A stretch of 64,000 nt of DNA from the human T2T-CHM13v2.0 reference genome, Homo sapiens. The position numbers and the translations under genes are program-made. The notes under the pieces are model-generated. The model ran no database searches and was not told where the DNA came from. It worked only from the letters and a program-made list of their open reading frames with translations. Shown one piece after another: positions 27,226 to 47,640 of the stretch. The stretch lies in NCBI RefSeq assembly GCF_009914755.1, contig NC_060940.1; one strand, written 5' to 3'. The stretch's first letter is position 1, and every line of letters starts with the position of its first letter.

Positions 27226-28648
27226 ACTATTTCACAACAGTCTGGATCTGTGTTTTTCCTGAGGGTGAAGTTCTGCGTGGTGAGGGCATTGACAAATCGC
27301 CAGGGACTTCCCATAAAACACACATTTTCTAAAATATTTAATAATTCATTAATAACATTTTGTCTACATAACTTTAACCTGGGGAAGGCTGAGCATCTCT
27401 TCCAATCTGACAATTCTTCTCATGTAAATCTTATAATAGGAACGCAATCAAAGAAACCTAGCATCTCTCTTCTCATAAGGTGGAAGAACAAATCTCGGCG
27501 ATTTTCCAACGCTCCTCTGGGAAATTATTGTAGGTGTAAAAGATATCCCGAAAATTCCTTTTCATTTTTTTTTTCCTGTCTAATTTCGCAAGGCAACATC
27601 TAAAGAGTTGTCAGAGATTTAGATGCTTGATTAATATGTGCTCATGGGTGGCTGAGAAACAATCTTTGGTGACTCATTTAATTAAGTGATAAGAAAGCAT
27701 TTAAAAATGAACAGACCCAAGAGTATTGAAGATATACGTCCCCATAAAAACTCACACACAAATGTTCCTAGCATCATTCATGATAGCTACAAGTGGGAGC
27801 AATCTAAATGCTAATCACCTGATGAATGGAAAAACAAAATGTGGTATACCCGTACAATGGAGTGTCAATCAGCCCTAAGTGGAACGAAGCCCTGATACAT
27901 GCTCCAACATGGATGAACCTTGAAAGCATTATGCTGAGTGAAAGAAGCCAGACATAAAAGACCACGTACTGTACAATTCCATTTATATGAAATGGCCAGA
28001 ATGGGAAAATCTACAGAAACAGAAAGTAGATCAGGGGTTGTCAAGGGGTTAGGGGTGGCGAGAGAGTAACAGGAAGTGTGTGCTAATGAGCGTGGGCTTT
28101 CCTTTTGTAATGTTCTAGAAGTAAATGGTGGTGCTGTTTGCAAACCCTAGCGATATACTAAAAACCATTGACCTGTACTCTTTAAAAAGGCGAACAAGAT
28201 CTCAATTTCTTAAAAAGCCTATGCACGCATGAACTGCAAAATAAGTAAAATAAACAAAGAAGCATACGTATAGCTTGTTCATGAGCAAGGAAGTTTTGTT
28301 GTGTCCTATTCTAGGGCATTACAAATTAAACATAAAACACTATAAAGTATTCTGGTATGACACAGAATCTTTGCTATCCAGAATAACCGTTCCTGTTCTA
28401 GGCAGTGGTATCCATCAGTAACCAAGGAGGCAAGCTCATGAAACCACAGCAGATTTTACTAAAATGTAATACATTTCATAGTTTCTTTCCAGAATCAGGT
28501 ATTATAAAACAAAAAGAATAAAATTCACTTTCCAATTTTTGTCCTTCACAGTGCCCTTTCATATTCTAAAACAAACAGTTAACTAGGACAGGAATTCTGC
28601 GAGGTCAAAACAATTTTCATAATAATGCCAAAATGTTACTTATGTTAA

Positions 28649-29000
<352 letters not shown>

Positions 29001-31418
29001 TGAATTCTTTTAAGTGTCTCCTTTCAATTTCTAATGCAGTAAACATCAATAGCATTAGCCCACATAAACAAAAGCTCTTTGGGAAATCTCAGTAAATTTT
29101 TAAGACCGTAGAAAGGAAGGTCATACCTTAAAATGTAGCATTGATTGAGAAAGGAAGGAGGAGAAGAAATACAGAATGATACCATCTATGTGAATTAAAA
29201 GTGCCTACATGCAAAACAGCCACAGTGCTTTGTTAGAGCATTTTTCTAAAGGCACCCAAGACAAAGAGGAACGATGCCTGCAGTGGGAGAGGGAGGCCTA
29301 GGAGTGAGAAATCTCATTCAAAGGGAATAAAACAAGAGAGGGACCTCACAGAGACCCCCTGATCGTGACCTACCATGTACTGCGGAGTGTGCTTAACTCA
29401 CCCTCTGCATCAGAGGCTTCCACCCTCCCTCCCACAGAACAACAGCCCCCTTGGTCCCCTGCCCTGCTGCAGCTGCAGTTCCCCAGGACAGAGCTGACGC
29501 CATCCAGAGACCCTCCCCTGGGCTCCCAGCATCATCTGGGAGGATTTTCTCCAGCAAACCCACACAAGGTGAGGAGCAGGGGTGAGTCTGTCACCAAAGG
29601 AGCAGCATTGCAGGATAGGGAAGGCCAGTGGCGAGGCGAGCACACTGATCAGAGGCCACTGACATTGACTAAAGGACTGGGTCAGTTGCAGGCACAGAGC
29701 GGGAGCGCTGGCCAAATGGGAAGCACGACAAGCAATGCAGACACAGGCAGAAGGAGACAGAAGTGGATGGCAGGACTCACAACACCCTCTTCCTGGTAAG
29801 GGCACATGTTCAAGGTGCATGCATTAGACAGCCCTGTACCCAGGGTGATGGGGAGGGAGGAACAATGAACCCAGCAGCGACACACGAAGAAGCCAGCATG
29901 AGGGGCCAGGAGCCCAGAGAAGAAGGTTCTCCAAAGGCACAGAGCAGTCACAGGGTCCAATCCCACCGACACTGACCGAAGGGCACATGCTCCTTCACTT
30001 TAAGCCAGCAATGGAGATAAACACTCGTCATCAACACCAAACGACTTCCCTGGTTTCTGTGTAACCAGCACTCCTGTCCGGAAACTTGCTGCTTGTCAAA
30101 GAAACACACCTTACTGTCATATGGTGCAGCTGTGACATTGCTCAGATGACATTTTTTTGTCACGAGCTGTCATATGACAACTTTTTTTTTTTGAGCGTTA
30201 GTACAGGCTGTGCATTGTGCTGTACTCACACCCAGGGGTAAGGTGAGGAACAAAGGCAGCCCAACCCCTGCCCGCACACATGAGCCCCGTCTGGCGAGAT
30301 GGCAAAAAATCACAGCAATGCTCCTGCCCTCTGGAATCCCACCCAAAACGCCGGCCTCTCATCCTATCCATCCCCTTTGGTAAGCAAGCCCCTCTGTCTC
30401 CACTTTGTCATCTTCCCTCTATCCCCCTCTGCTCTCTCCTCAAGCCCAGCCTCTGTCTCAGCCAAGCTGGTCCCCGTGGCCTTCATGGCCCCCAGCAATT
30501 GGCCCAGGACAGGCTTCTGCCTTGGGACTGTCCTCTTTGGGACCAGGGAAATGATTTGCAAGTCCCAGTGCTGAGAGAAGATGTGGGGCCTTCTTCTTCA
30601 AAAGTCATTAGACATTAAATGATTAATAATCATTTAATTAATAATTAAGGCAGCAGCAGAGCATTAAACCAAGCTCAGGGCCTGAAGCCAGCCCTGCCCC
30701 ATCTTGAATGTGGAGACAAGAGTTTATCTCCAACCTGGGACCCATTAACATGTCCTGTTGTGAGCAGGGGACGTCGTCAGCCTCATCACTAACTGCTCTG
30801 AAAGCAACCTAGAATCTCATCAGCTTCCCCGAAGAGCTTGCTGAAATTCATCAGAACAGAAATTGCAAACTGAAATGCAAGGTGAAGGAAAAGCAAGGGT
30901 TTTAGATATGAGTTTTAAAAATTAAAGTTTTAAAGAGTCCTGCCTGACCACAGAGCTATACCCTAAATCCCAAGAGCCCTTGGCCCTGCTGCAGTTGTCC
31001 TTGGTCACTCAAGGCAGGGACGGTGGGATAGGATGGAGGGTCAGCCAGGGCTTGCTGTGGGCACCCAGAGGGCAGAGGCCTAAGGGCTGTGAGCTGTGCC
31101 CAGAGACACCACCTTGGGGAGAGACGCCTCACTCACCAGGCGGCCCTGGGAGTCCTGGAGGAGGAGGCCGCAATGGACTCCCTTTCCACTGTGACTTTCC
31201 TTAACCTCTGGTTTTATGAAAATCACGGAAGTCAGGATATTTGCTCAGAAAACAGGATATTTAATCAAGAACCAAGTAGTTCAAAGCATGGCCACAGTCA
31301 TTGTTAAGAAGCTGCAGAGACACAGGCAAAAGTATGGCAGGGGAAAGAGATGGCCCAAGAGGGCAGGGAGGCCACACATCCTGGAGAGGAGGCCCCCTCA
31401 CCCAGAGCATGTCTCAAC

Positions 31419-31938
31419 TGTAAGATACAATAAATCTTTCTGAGTTTCTCTTCAAAAGGTTTAGCCTGTTAACTTCCTTATCCTTTGTTCTCAAACTCAA
31501 CTTTGTTTTTCCTTGGCCCTAGTTACCGTAAACAGCCTAATCCTTCCCATCAGCTCTAATCAATAACTCACATCTGTTCCCTTGGTTACCTGTACCAGTT
31601 GTTCCCCAGAAACTGCACGTCTCACAAGCTCCACCTCTGTACCTCATGTCCCCCTCCTCTGCTATATTTAGGAAAATATGTACAAGTAGCCAGTCGGGTC
31701 AGCTCAGATTGTGTGGTCCAACCCCAGCTCCTGGGGGAGTGACACAGAGATAGGGACTGTGTTAAAGATAAAAACCCCCTGGTCTCCTTTGTTCTGTGTG
31801 CACTTGGGATCTTGATTGACACAAGTGACACCCTTCTGCAGAAGTAAATTGCCTTGCTGAGAGGATTAAACTTTTGCCTGCGTGTGGTTTTACTTCCCGG
31901 CACTGAGCATTTATTCCTGGAGTATTTTATATCCAACA
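31419..31938 (+). mobile_element. ERV1 solo LTR (LTR10-like)
   Basis: TG...CA termini, 520 bp, 4-bp TSD CAAC (31415-31418 and 31939-31942); family assignment from recall. Confidence 0.8.
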
Positions 31939-32714
31939 CAACCAATGAGAGACAGGAGCTGGTGGGTCAATACCCTAATTTTTGGTGCCATTTGCTATCA
32001 CTCACTGCCCTCATCTTGCCTGCCTCACCCTCCCCAGCATCCAAAGCACAAGTCAGAAAGCAGTTGAATCTCAGGGTGAGAACAAAGTCTGACACATCCA
32101 TTCATGATGAACCCAGAGGGCAAAACACTGTCCACCGTGGTTTAAAAGAGGCAGTCCTCTTCCCTTCCAGATGGAAAGAAGAGGTGTCACTGAGCCACAG
32201 CCGGGAGAACAAGGGAGGCCCAGGTACAGCCAACGCTCTCCTGAAAATTCAAGAGGAACCTCACACAAGCCTTCAGGACGCCGTCTACAGCAAGTCATGG
32301 TTCTGCAATGCAAACAAAGTCAGGAAGAAAGAGGGAGGTTTGAAAACAATGCGGCCTTCCAGGCCCGAGTGAGAGGATGGGTCAGCCGGGCAGGAGTGAC
32401 CGTGTAAGTATCGCAGCAAAGGAGGCTGAGTGCTCCCTGCATCAAATCAATGCTCATCTGGATAATGAAAGTACACCCTCACAGGCCTCCAAGAAGGTCA
32501 CTGGCAAAACGTCCCACTGGTGGACAGACACCTGATCAGCAAGGGGCAAGAGCAGAGGCTGCTTGAAGAATCTAAAGCAAACAAACAGAAAATCCAAGAC
32601 CTGGATAAAAAGTGAGAAATACAAGAAAGGCCTGACACAATTCCAAGTTGCATTCTGAACAAGAACACCACAAACCCCTTTTCATGGCACAGGGTGTTAA
32701 AAGAGCTCTTGCCA

Positions 32715-33294
<580 letters not shown>

Positions 33295-34276
33295 CTAGGG
33301 CCATCTGAGGCCTCCAGTGCAGTACCTACCTCCTATTAGATACAGCTGAGGCCCCACCAATACATACAAGAGACCCTTCTCCTCTAAAGAGCTGGGCATC
33401 AGAGGCTGCCCATGGTTTCCATGATTTCCATGATCACACCATGACAAGGGAGACCACCACCCACCAGGAGGAATTCCTAAGCCTCTTCTTCTTCCCACTT
33501 AGGGTTCTTCTTAAACCTTCTTGAAAAAAACACAATCTGTGCTTTCCCTAAATAAGGACTTCCTTTTGCCTGAGCAGGTATATGCAGACAATAATCTGAG
33601 GTTTGAGATTAAAAAAAAAATCTTTTTGACCACTGTAAAAGACTGCCACCAAACTATTTCCTCCCACCACCAATCACGAGCCAAGCCACAAAGTCCTCAT
33701 CCCTCACTGGGGAGCTCAACCTCAACTGGGGACTGCGCCTGCTGGGGAAGCCCCTCCACTTTGTCCCAGGGCTCACCTGGGGTCTCTCCTGACCTTGCAT
33801 CTGTGCTTTGCTGCAACCTTCACTTCTGCAGGTAAGTACACAAAAGGTACCGTGTCAAAGTATCAAAGAGGAACCAACCCGGTTCCCAAAATGATGGCGA
33901 ATCCAGTGTCAGCCCAATCAACAGCTCCTCAGCCTCCCTCCCTGGTTCTCCTGAGTTAGATTCAGGAGACTGGGGTCCCATCTGTGGAGGCTGGAGGCTG
34001 GACGTGCTTCAACATTGGCTATGCTGTCTGTATACATAGCAAATGAGAGGACTCAACACTGCTAGGATAATCTGCACCACAATCCTCTGTGCAGTGTGCC
34101 TGGCTTTAAGAGAGGTATCCTTGGAGGCGTGTTTGCAATTGACTCCAAATCTGAAACCCCAGCACTGTGACCACAACACTCACAGGAAACCAGAATATCT
34201 GAAACGGTGATGACTTTCCACACTGATTTGGTCTCATCATGCTGCAACCGACATTCTAGTATCATTATTTAGAGAG

Positions 34277-35023
34277 TCCGGGGATAATAGCCACCTCTGC
34301 AGAGAGCTTCTTCAATGCCTTGAAAACAGCCAGCAGCATTTCTACGGTGCACACACCTCGCCCAATTCTGGACATCTCCACCTATGTTACCTTTTTCTGT
34401 GGCACAACCATGCTATCGCAAGGTGCTAATTGGAATCTTAAGCACCGAGTTCACAGGACCAGCTGCACAAATGATGGCCCAGGTCTACATGATCAGAAAG
34501 GAGGCTCCAATGGCCATGCCCAACACCATTGAGACGTTTGTCCTAGAGCTCAACTCCATGCTGATTCTTGTAATAGAAAGATATTCCATGTGATACCTGG
34601 GGCCATCAACCAACTCAGGGCAAAACTAGAACCTGCTTCTCTACGCCAAGGCATAGAGGCGCTCCTTGTTGTACCAGCTGTGTTTCCAAAGCTTGCTTCT
34701 GGTGCTCTGTGTCATTCCTGGGACAACCTCAGCAAGGAGGAATTATTATGCTGCTAAACTTGTGACTGAAGGGCTGCTCCGAAGCAAGCTCTGGAGACAT
34801 TCAGAAAGAAAGTTTCTCCAAAATCTGGAGGAACATTTCTCACTCCAGAGCAGCAACACTTCTGTGAATTGTATGGAATTCCTGGGGAGATTTTAGAGCA
34901 GGTGTATAAGAAGCCAAACAAGAGAAGAGCCGAACCATCCATAGAGGATGGTGCAACAAAGCAGCAGCCAAAATCAGTGTTGGAGACCCTCCTCACATCC
35001 GGGGTGCCAAAAGGAGGTGCCCA
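34277..35023 (+). pseudogene. Probable decayed Ty3/gypsy Gag (RTL/LDOC1-like gene or MamGyp internal relic)
   Basis: KVLIGILSTEFTGPAAQMMAQVYMIRKEAP...TFVLEL resembles recalled RTL8 [26 protein letters not shown]...FLAEM; further Gag-like motifs in the expected order. Confidence 0.45.
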
Positions 35024-35350
35024 CCCACTCCCCAGGATCTTTTAGGCCACCTCCTAAATAGTGGAGACTTCAAATGCATCCAACTCTTCCACCTCTGTCT
35101 CCTGCTGGTCCTTCTCCATAAGACCCTTCTCTGATCTTTCCTCTGAATGAGGAACTACTAATTCTGAGGCTTGTGGTTAAACAGAAATGTATTCACCACA
35201 AATGAAGATTATCTCAAGATCTTGCTCCCCACAAAATTAACTGTTTCATTTTAATTGTAGCTCATATTTTAATAGTAAAGGACTGAAAGGTTTATGTTGC
35301 ACTTAATGCTCTCAAAAACCTTTAGGGTGTTTGTTTGTTTGTTTGTTTAG

Positions 35351-35587
<237 letters not shown>

Positions 35588-35842
35588 TAAGGTTTGCATA
35601 ACGAGAAACACAGTAAGAACCAAGTTCCAGTTGATCAGGCTGCCCTACCAGATTAAGGAACTCGTACTTTATATCCAATGGGGCTGCAGTTTGGAAGCCC
35701 TGTAGTCGTCGACTTTCCCTTTAAGCAGTGCACAGAAATAGGAAGAGATCAATAAGGCCCAGAAGAGAAATCTTGCCAAACTTCAACACAGCAAATAACA
35801 ACCACTTATCGAGGGCTCAACTCCACTAGGAACATCACAAAG

Positions 35843-36080
35843 CAGCAGTTCTCAGTTGGGGGCAATTTTGTCCCACTCTCACCTCCCCAAAGACATTGAG
35901 CAATGTCTGAAGACATTTTTTATTGGTGAAACGAGGTGGGGATGGGGTGGAGGGTGCTACTGGTATCTAGTGGGTAGAGCCAGAGATGCTGCTAATCACC
36001 CTGCAATGCACAAGTCAGTCCACAACAACAAGGAATGATTTGGCCCCACATGGCAAGATTCCCCAGGTTGGGAAACTCTG
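35843..36080. mobile_element. MER20-like hAT MITE
   Basis: CAGCAGTTCTCA...TGGGAAACTCTG termini; internal GGTGCTACTGG.ATCTAGTGGGTAGAG. Confidence 0.8.
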
Positions 36081-36255
36081 GTATAAAATAAAGGCACCTG
36101 AAACACGCCCCTGACCCCAACCCCAGGCATCCAGTCTTTATGTCATGATCCCTCTGAACATCTTAGTTAAGCTATTGCCTTTGCTCCTAAGGGAAAAAAA
36201 AAATATTTATACATGCATACACAGAAACAAAGCTTTGCAATTTTGGGGGGCAAGG

Positions 36256-36749
36256 TGACAGAGCAGGGGCCTTGCCATTGTGGACAAGCACCTTATTTTA
36301 AAATTCATCTTAATCAAAAACCGCCTAAAGCCAAAAGGCATCAGCCTAATGGCTAAGGTCGGCATGACCAGAAACTACAAATAACATCTCCGACCAGAAA
36401 CATTCCAAACTCCTCCCCAACCAGAGACATGCTAGCCCCAAGATAACCCCCCTCTGGCTGGGAAGATGCCAGCCCCAAGATAACTAACCTCCCTCCTGCC
36501 GGAAAGACGTCAGCCCCAAGATAACCTCCTCTCTGCCCAGAAACATTCCGACCCGGCTATAGACTTCTCCCTGACCCAAAAACATTCCAAGCTTGTGATA
36601 AGACCCTCACCCTAAAACCAATATATACTTTTAGTCTGTAACAGAAAGCGCCCCTGACCAAAATCGGCCAGAAGCCCCTCCAGGTTTTATCTAAAGTAAA
36701 CCTGTCTTTAAAAATTTCATGTTTTTTTCCTCTTTCTTTAACTCTTACA
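36256..36749 (+). mobile_element. ERV solo LTR (LTR47-like, subfamily uncertain)
   Basis: TGACAGAGCAGG...CTCTTACA termini; TSD CAAGG/CAAGT. Confidence 0.75.
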
Positions 36750-38264
36750 CAAGTGTTCATCAATCCCTGATGCCCATTCAGGAACACTCCTCAATCCCAG
36801 ACACCCAAAGATACTGAAGTCAGGTTCTTTTCCTTTTTCTTTTTTTTTTATCTCGCTCTGTCACTCAGGCTGGAGAGCGGTGGCGTGATCTCAGCTCACT
36901 GCAATCTCACCTCCTGGGTTCAAGCGATTCTCCTGCTTCAGCCTCCCGAGTAGCTGGGACTACAGGTCTCCATCTCCTGACCTCGTGATCCACCCGCCTT
37001 GGCCTCCCAAAGTGCTGGGATTACAGGTGTGAGCCATTGTGCCCAGCTGAGGTCAGGTACTCTTTTTAGCGAGTATTCCCATTTTAAAAAATCTTTTTAA
37101 ATAAAAAGAACCTGGCTCCAAAAAAACCATTTGCATGTATGATACCTCATTGAAACCTCAGAGCCATCCAACCGGGTCAGGTCTACCCGAATTGCCATGG
37201 ACAGAGAACAAGACTGGGGCACCGAGAGGTTTAGATGACTTTTCTGTGGTGACACAGCCAGTGAGTGGCAGAGACACAGGAATGCCACCCCACCCCTGCT
37301 CTGGCCACCACCGGCACTCCAGGTTCTGACACCCCATGCCGTGGAATCGCACGGTGGGATCCCAGCTGACCCAGGGTGCTCCGTCTCCACCCTGGCTTTC
37401 CATCTGGCCCACACAGGTGAAGTGCAAAGGCTGATCTCAGAGAAACCATCAGAGGTACTATCACACTGCCTCATCAGTGACAGTCACTCTCCTGGCCAGG
37501 TGCATGGGCGTGGATGTGGATCACATCAGGTGTGGAACAGAGGCAGCGCACTCCTCGAGCCCCAGGTGTTTGTGGGAAGCCAACCATACCCTGAATCTCT
37601 CCTAGGTACAGGTAGGCCCAGGTGCAGCTCTGACAGGCTCGCCACTCCCGGGCAGGAAACCTCCCAGCCTCAGTCAGCTCCTCTTAATCAGCCCCTCTTC
37701 ATCTCCAACCAGGATCACCAGTCTGCCAGGCCCCTTCCTGTGCTCCTCAGGAGGCCAGCAGTCTGCCAATATCTGGAACTTAATGAAATGAGAGTAAAAG
37801 TGAATCCCTGAGGTTGCCTTATTTTTCCTCCATTGAACCTCTTTCCAGTTCCCTCAGTCTCTCTCTGCCTTTGTTTTATAGTAAGAGGCTACATTTGGAC
37901 CAGGTGAGCTACTGGTCACGCAGGAGTCGATCTTGCTGTCCTCCTCTGGCTGGACACTATGGCCTGGAACTGACTTCCAGCTCAGGAGTTTGAGCCCAGG
38001 AAGCTTATCCTCTGTTTTCACATGCTAGTAGTCACCCTTTTGGTCTGATTGCTGTTGAAAACCACGCAATACAACACCTGCAACTCTGTCGGAAGCCTGT
38101 GACAATCAAACTGCATTCACCCAGACTGTGTTCAGAGGCGCATATGTCTTAGAGTTTGCAAATGCATATATTCAAGTCTAAAATCTGTGTTTCAGAAAGC
38201 AACAGCCAACCAGATTTAGCAAGTCCCACCCATTTGCCGTAGGTACACCAGACCAATTTTTTAA

Positions 38265-38435
<171 letters not shown>

Positions 38436-38904
38436 TAATTTTTGTAGTTTTAGTAGAGATGGGGTTTCACTATGTTGGCTAGGCTGGTTTCAAACTCCTG
38501 ACCTCGGCCTCCCAAAGTGCTGGGATTACAGGCATGAGCCACCATGTCCAGCCAAAACATTATTTTAAAGCTAAGCTCCCCACCCTCTTGCTATTCCTTT
38601 GGTTCCCCTCTCTCCCCGGGACAAACCCCATTCAACTCTAACATGCATCCCATCTCTGGATATTTCTCACTGTTACAAGGCAGTCATGTAGCCAGGACCA
38701 CCGTGTCCTGATGTCTAGTGTGTTTGACAACTAACAGAAAAGGGATTTGGCGTTTTTATTTTATTTTGAGACTGAATCTCACTCTATCACCCAGGCGCAA
38801 TCTTGGCTCACTGCAACCTCCACCTCCCAGAGGCTCAAGTGATTCTCCTGCCTCAGCCTCCCAAGTAGCTGGGATTATAGGCATGCACCACCACATCCAG
38901 CTAA

Positions 38905-39099
<195 letters not shown>

Positions 39100-39704
39100 T
39101 AGCTCCTTTCCTGGACTGTATCTTGTCCCCATGATTGAACAAGGGTGGCTTTCAGGAAGAGGATGGGGAAAGTCCAGCCCAGAACCAGGCCCTACAGCAG
39201 AAGGCAAAAAAAAAAAAAAAAAAAAAAAAAAAGGTGATTCCCTTGACTCTGGCCCCCTAAGGGCAATGTGAGCCCCCCAAAACCATGAGTCCAACTCCCT
39301 GTTGTCTGGGGAGCAGCACCACAGCCCAGGATGGCTTGGGGGATGCATTGGATGAGGGAGAAGCAGGCCCACAAAGGGGAGATGAATGTGTCAAGATCAC
39401 ACAGCCAGGCAGGGCACAGTAGGGACTAGACCTGTGCTCAAGGTACTGGGCCATTTTGCATTTCTGAATGGGCAGCAGCATCAGAACCTTCATACTCCTC
39501 ATACCACTGACGGCAGGCTCTGTGCATGGGGATATCCTTGACCCTGCACCTGGCACAGAGGGAAGCCAGCCAGCTGCGGACAGTCACGCCCTGGGGCTCT
39601 GAGCTGCTCCACTGCACCTGGGGCATCCTGCACCGGGGTGGACAGTTCCCAGTCAAGACGACGAAGACTAGGAGACCCGACCTGGGAACTCTACGTAGCG
39701 CCAG

Positions 39705-39723
39705 AGTGCCCCCTGCTGGCTGA
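39705..39723 (-). promoter_or_regulatory. Candidate CTCF site
   Basis: Reverse complement TCAGCCAGCAGGGGGCACT matches the CTCF core. Confidence 0.55.
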
Positions 39724-40137
39724 CCGCCAAGCAACCCAAACCTCACGTCTGCATCTAAGACTTCTCTTGACTCCCGCCCAGGAGAGCTGAGGGTTGGGTT
39801 CAGCGCCCACCTTCTCCTAGGAAGTTTCTCCTGGACCTGCTCTATCCAACCTCTATCTCAGCTGCCGACTACAGGGCCCCCTGCTGTTTCCAGTTCCTGG
39901 CCCACCCAGAGTTTTTCCTACTCATGTGGGCTACCCCCAGGACACTGGGAGCGAGGCCCTTGTTTAAGGAATCGTCTTCAGCATCACGGCAGAGGAGGAG
40001 CCCACCCATGTCAGGGTGAGTGCTGGGGTCTCAGGGAAGCCCGTCCACCATGGGCAGCGACATTATTTTCCCAATTGTTCTGCGATTCCCATCTCTCTTG
40101 GGAACAGGGCTTGCGCTCTGACTGTGAGTGAACAAGA

Positions 40138-40157
40138 TGACCACAAGGGGGCAGCAG
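40138..40157 (+). promoter_or_regulatory. Candidate CTCF site
   Basis: TGACCACAAGGGGGCAGCAG matches the CTCF core. Confidence 0.55.
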
Positions 40158-41635
40158 AGACAAAAAGCTTCGCCTGAAAACCATTTGCTAAAGTTCTCCA
40201 CCCACGAGGTAAATCAGTTCCCAGTCCTGGCTGCACACTGGATTCACCTGGTGAGCTTTAAACACTACCGATGCCAAGTTCCCACCCCTACAAATGCTGA
40301 GTTAATGGCCCTGGGGTGCCATCCTAACATCTTTTTACAATCTCCCAAGGGAAACTTTAATTTAAAATGCAGAAGGCAGTGGAGGAGGGAAAGAGCGACC
40401 TTTCAGGCCATTCTTCTATCGGGCTAGGGCTGAGGATCACTGGGTTAGACCCTTGTTAATGCAAAGCGTGGCTCACGGACCACCAGCATCAAGGTCACCT
40501 GGGAGCTTGTTAGAAATAAGGACCTGCCCCAAACCTACTGAGTCAGAATCTGCAATTTAACAGATTCTCCAGAGAATTCATCTGCATATTAAAAGTCTAA
40601 GAAACTTACGGTCCTCTTTACCAAAAAGGCACTAGGGAGGTCCTGGTCCAATGCCATATGTACAGTCTGTGGATGCACAGATTAAAGCCCCGAGGCAGGA
40701 GTCCCTTTGCCCAAGGTCATTGGCCATGTATTCAGTGGGATGGCACAAACCTGAAGGCCCTGACTCCAGGACCAGTGCACCTTCTCCCACAGCACCCTGC
40801 TCCTCCAACCCAGAGGTGGGCCTGGGCACAAGAGGGCAGGAAATGGTGGCAGGAGTTTGGTGGGGTCTTTGAATTTCCCTGTTAGCACGTGTCCTGTGGG
40901 GATCCCAGGGATAGCTAAGATACCATCCCTGGCTCAAGGAACTTCTATCCTCATATCTAACTCTGGACAGACGCACTTGGTATCAGTCAAACACAACCTC
41001 TTACCTTGAGTCACGTACTAGAACCATCTCTAAATCTAGCAAAACAGAGGAGGGAGAAAAAGACTAGTTTGGATACGTAGCCTGGAAAGGTTTCCTGCAG
41101 TCCAGGCAGTGCAGGAGGAGGGTGGGTTAGGTTTCAGGGGCCAGTGGAGGAGGGGGCTGCATTTCAGACCAAAAGACCAAGATGAATGAAGGGTATAGAT
41201 ATACAGGAAAGGATCCACATGACCAGGGCATAGGTAAGGGCTGGGAAGTTGTGGGAGATAAAGCTGGGATGGGACAGGGGCTCGCGGCACAGACCAGACC
41301 CTAAAAGCAGGCAGAGCACTTGGCCAGGTAGAACCAATTCAGACCCTGGGCTGGAGGCCACAGAGAGCCATGGAAAGTGTTTGAGCCAGGAGAGGAGTCT
41401 GGGCCTTGGAAAGACCTTCCAGCATCAGTCCTGTCAGGTTTTGGAGATGATGCAATGAAGAGAGAGGCTACAGGAACCCTCATCCTGAGAGCTCACTGAG
41501 TACACGGATCAAGGCTCATTCATCTCAAGGTCACCAGCATTTGCCAGAGTATTAGCCCCTGGAAGGTGACCTGCAAACAACCATCTCTAAGGGAGACCAG
41601 CCTTTAACCCAAGGATGATTTCATTCTTAAGGTCC

Positions 41636-45146
<3,511 letters not shown>

Positions 45147-45529
45147 GTAGTAGGGTGCTGCAGGGACCACAGCCTTTGCCACTTCCCTCTGGAGGCTGCA
45201 GCTCACCCGGAAAAAGGCTAGGGACACAGGAGACCCCCACTTCAGACTCCTCTCCTGCAGCTGCTGCCCCTCAGGCCAAGGAACAGCCCTCTCTGTTGGA
45301 AGGGAGCCCCCAGAACAGAGGCCATCCAAACCTGAGGCAGAGGGGGACCATATCCTCCTCACCAATCTAAGAGGCTTCCCCAAAGACCTCACCCCCAGCT
45401 TTTGCAGACCCAGCCTAGTGCCTGGGCTTCAGCTGAGAGGCTGGGGGGATGTTTTCCTTCCTGCCCCAGAGACTGTCAACTGAATCCTCAAAATGTATCT
45501 GAAGGAATGGGAGACATTCTAAATATACT

Positions 45530-47640
<2,111 letters not shown>

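Larger units (their letters stand above)
25465..28215 (+). mobile_element. L1MB-like 3' region in two pieces (25465-25600 and 27715-28215) split by a foreign block
   Basis: GGGAAATGCAAATTAAAACC.CAATGAG upstream; CAAATGTTC.TAGCA...ATGGATGAACCTTGAAA downstream. Confidence 0.75.

Noticed and set aside
39977-39995. REST/RE1-like TTCAGCATCACGGCAGAGG
   Set aside because: The right half-site is broken (no GGACAG) and the spacing is wrong
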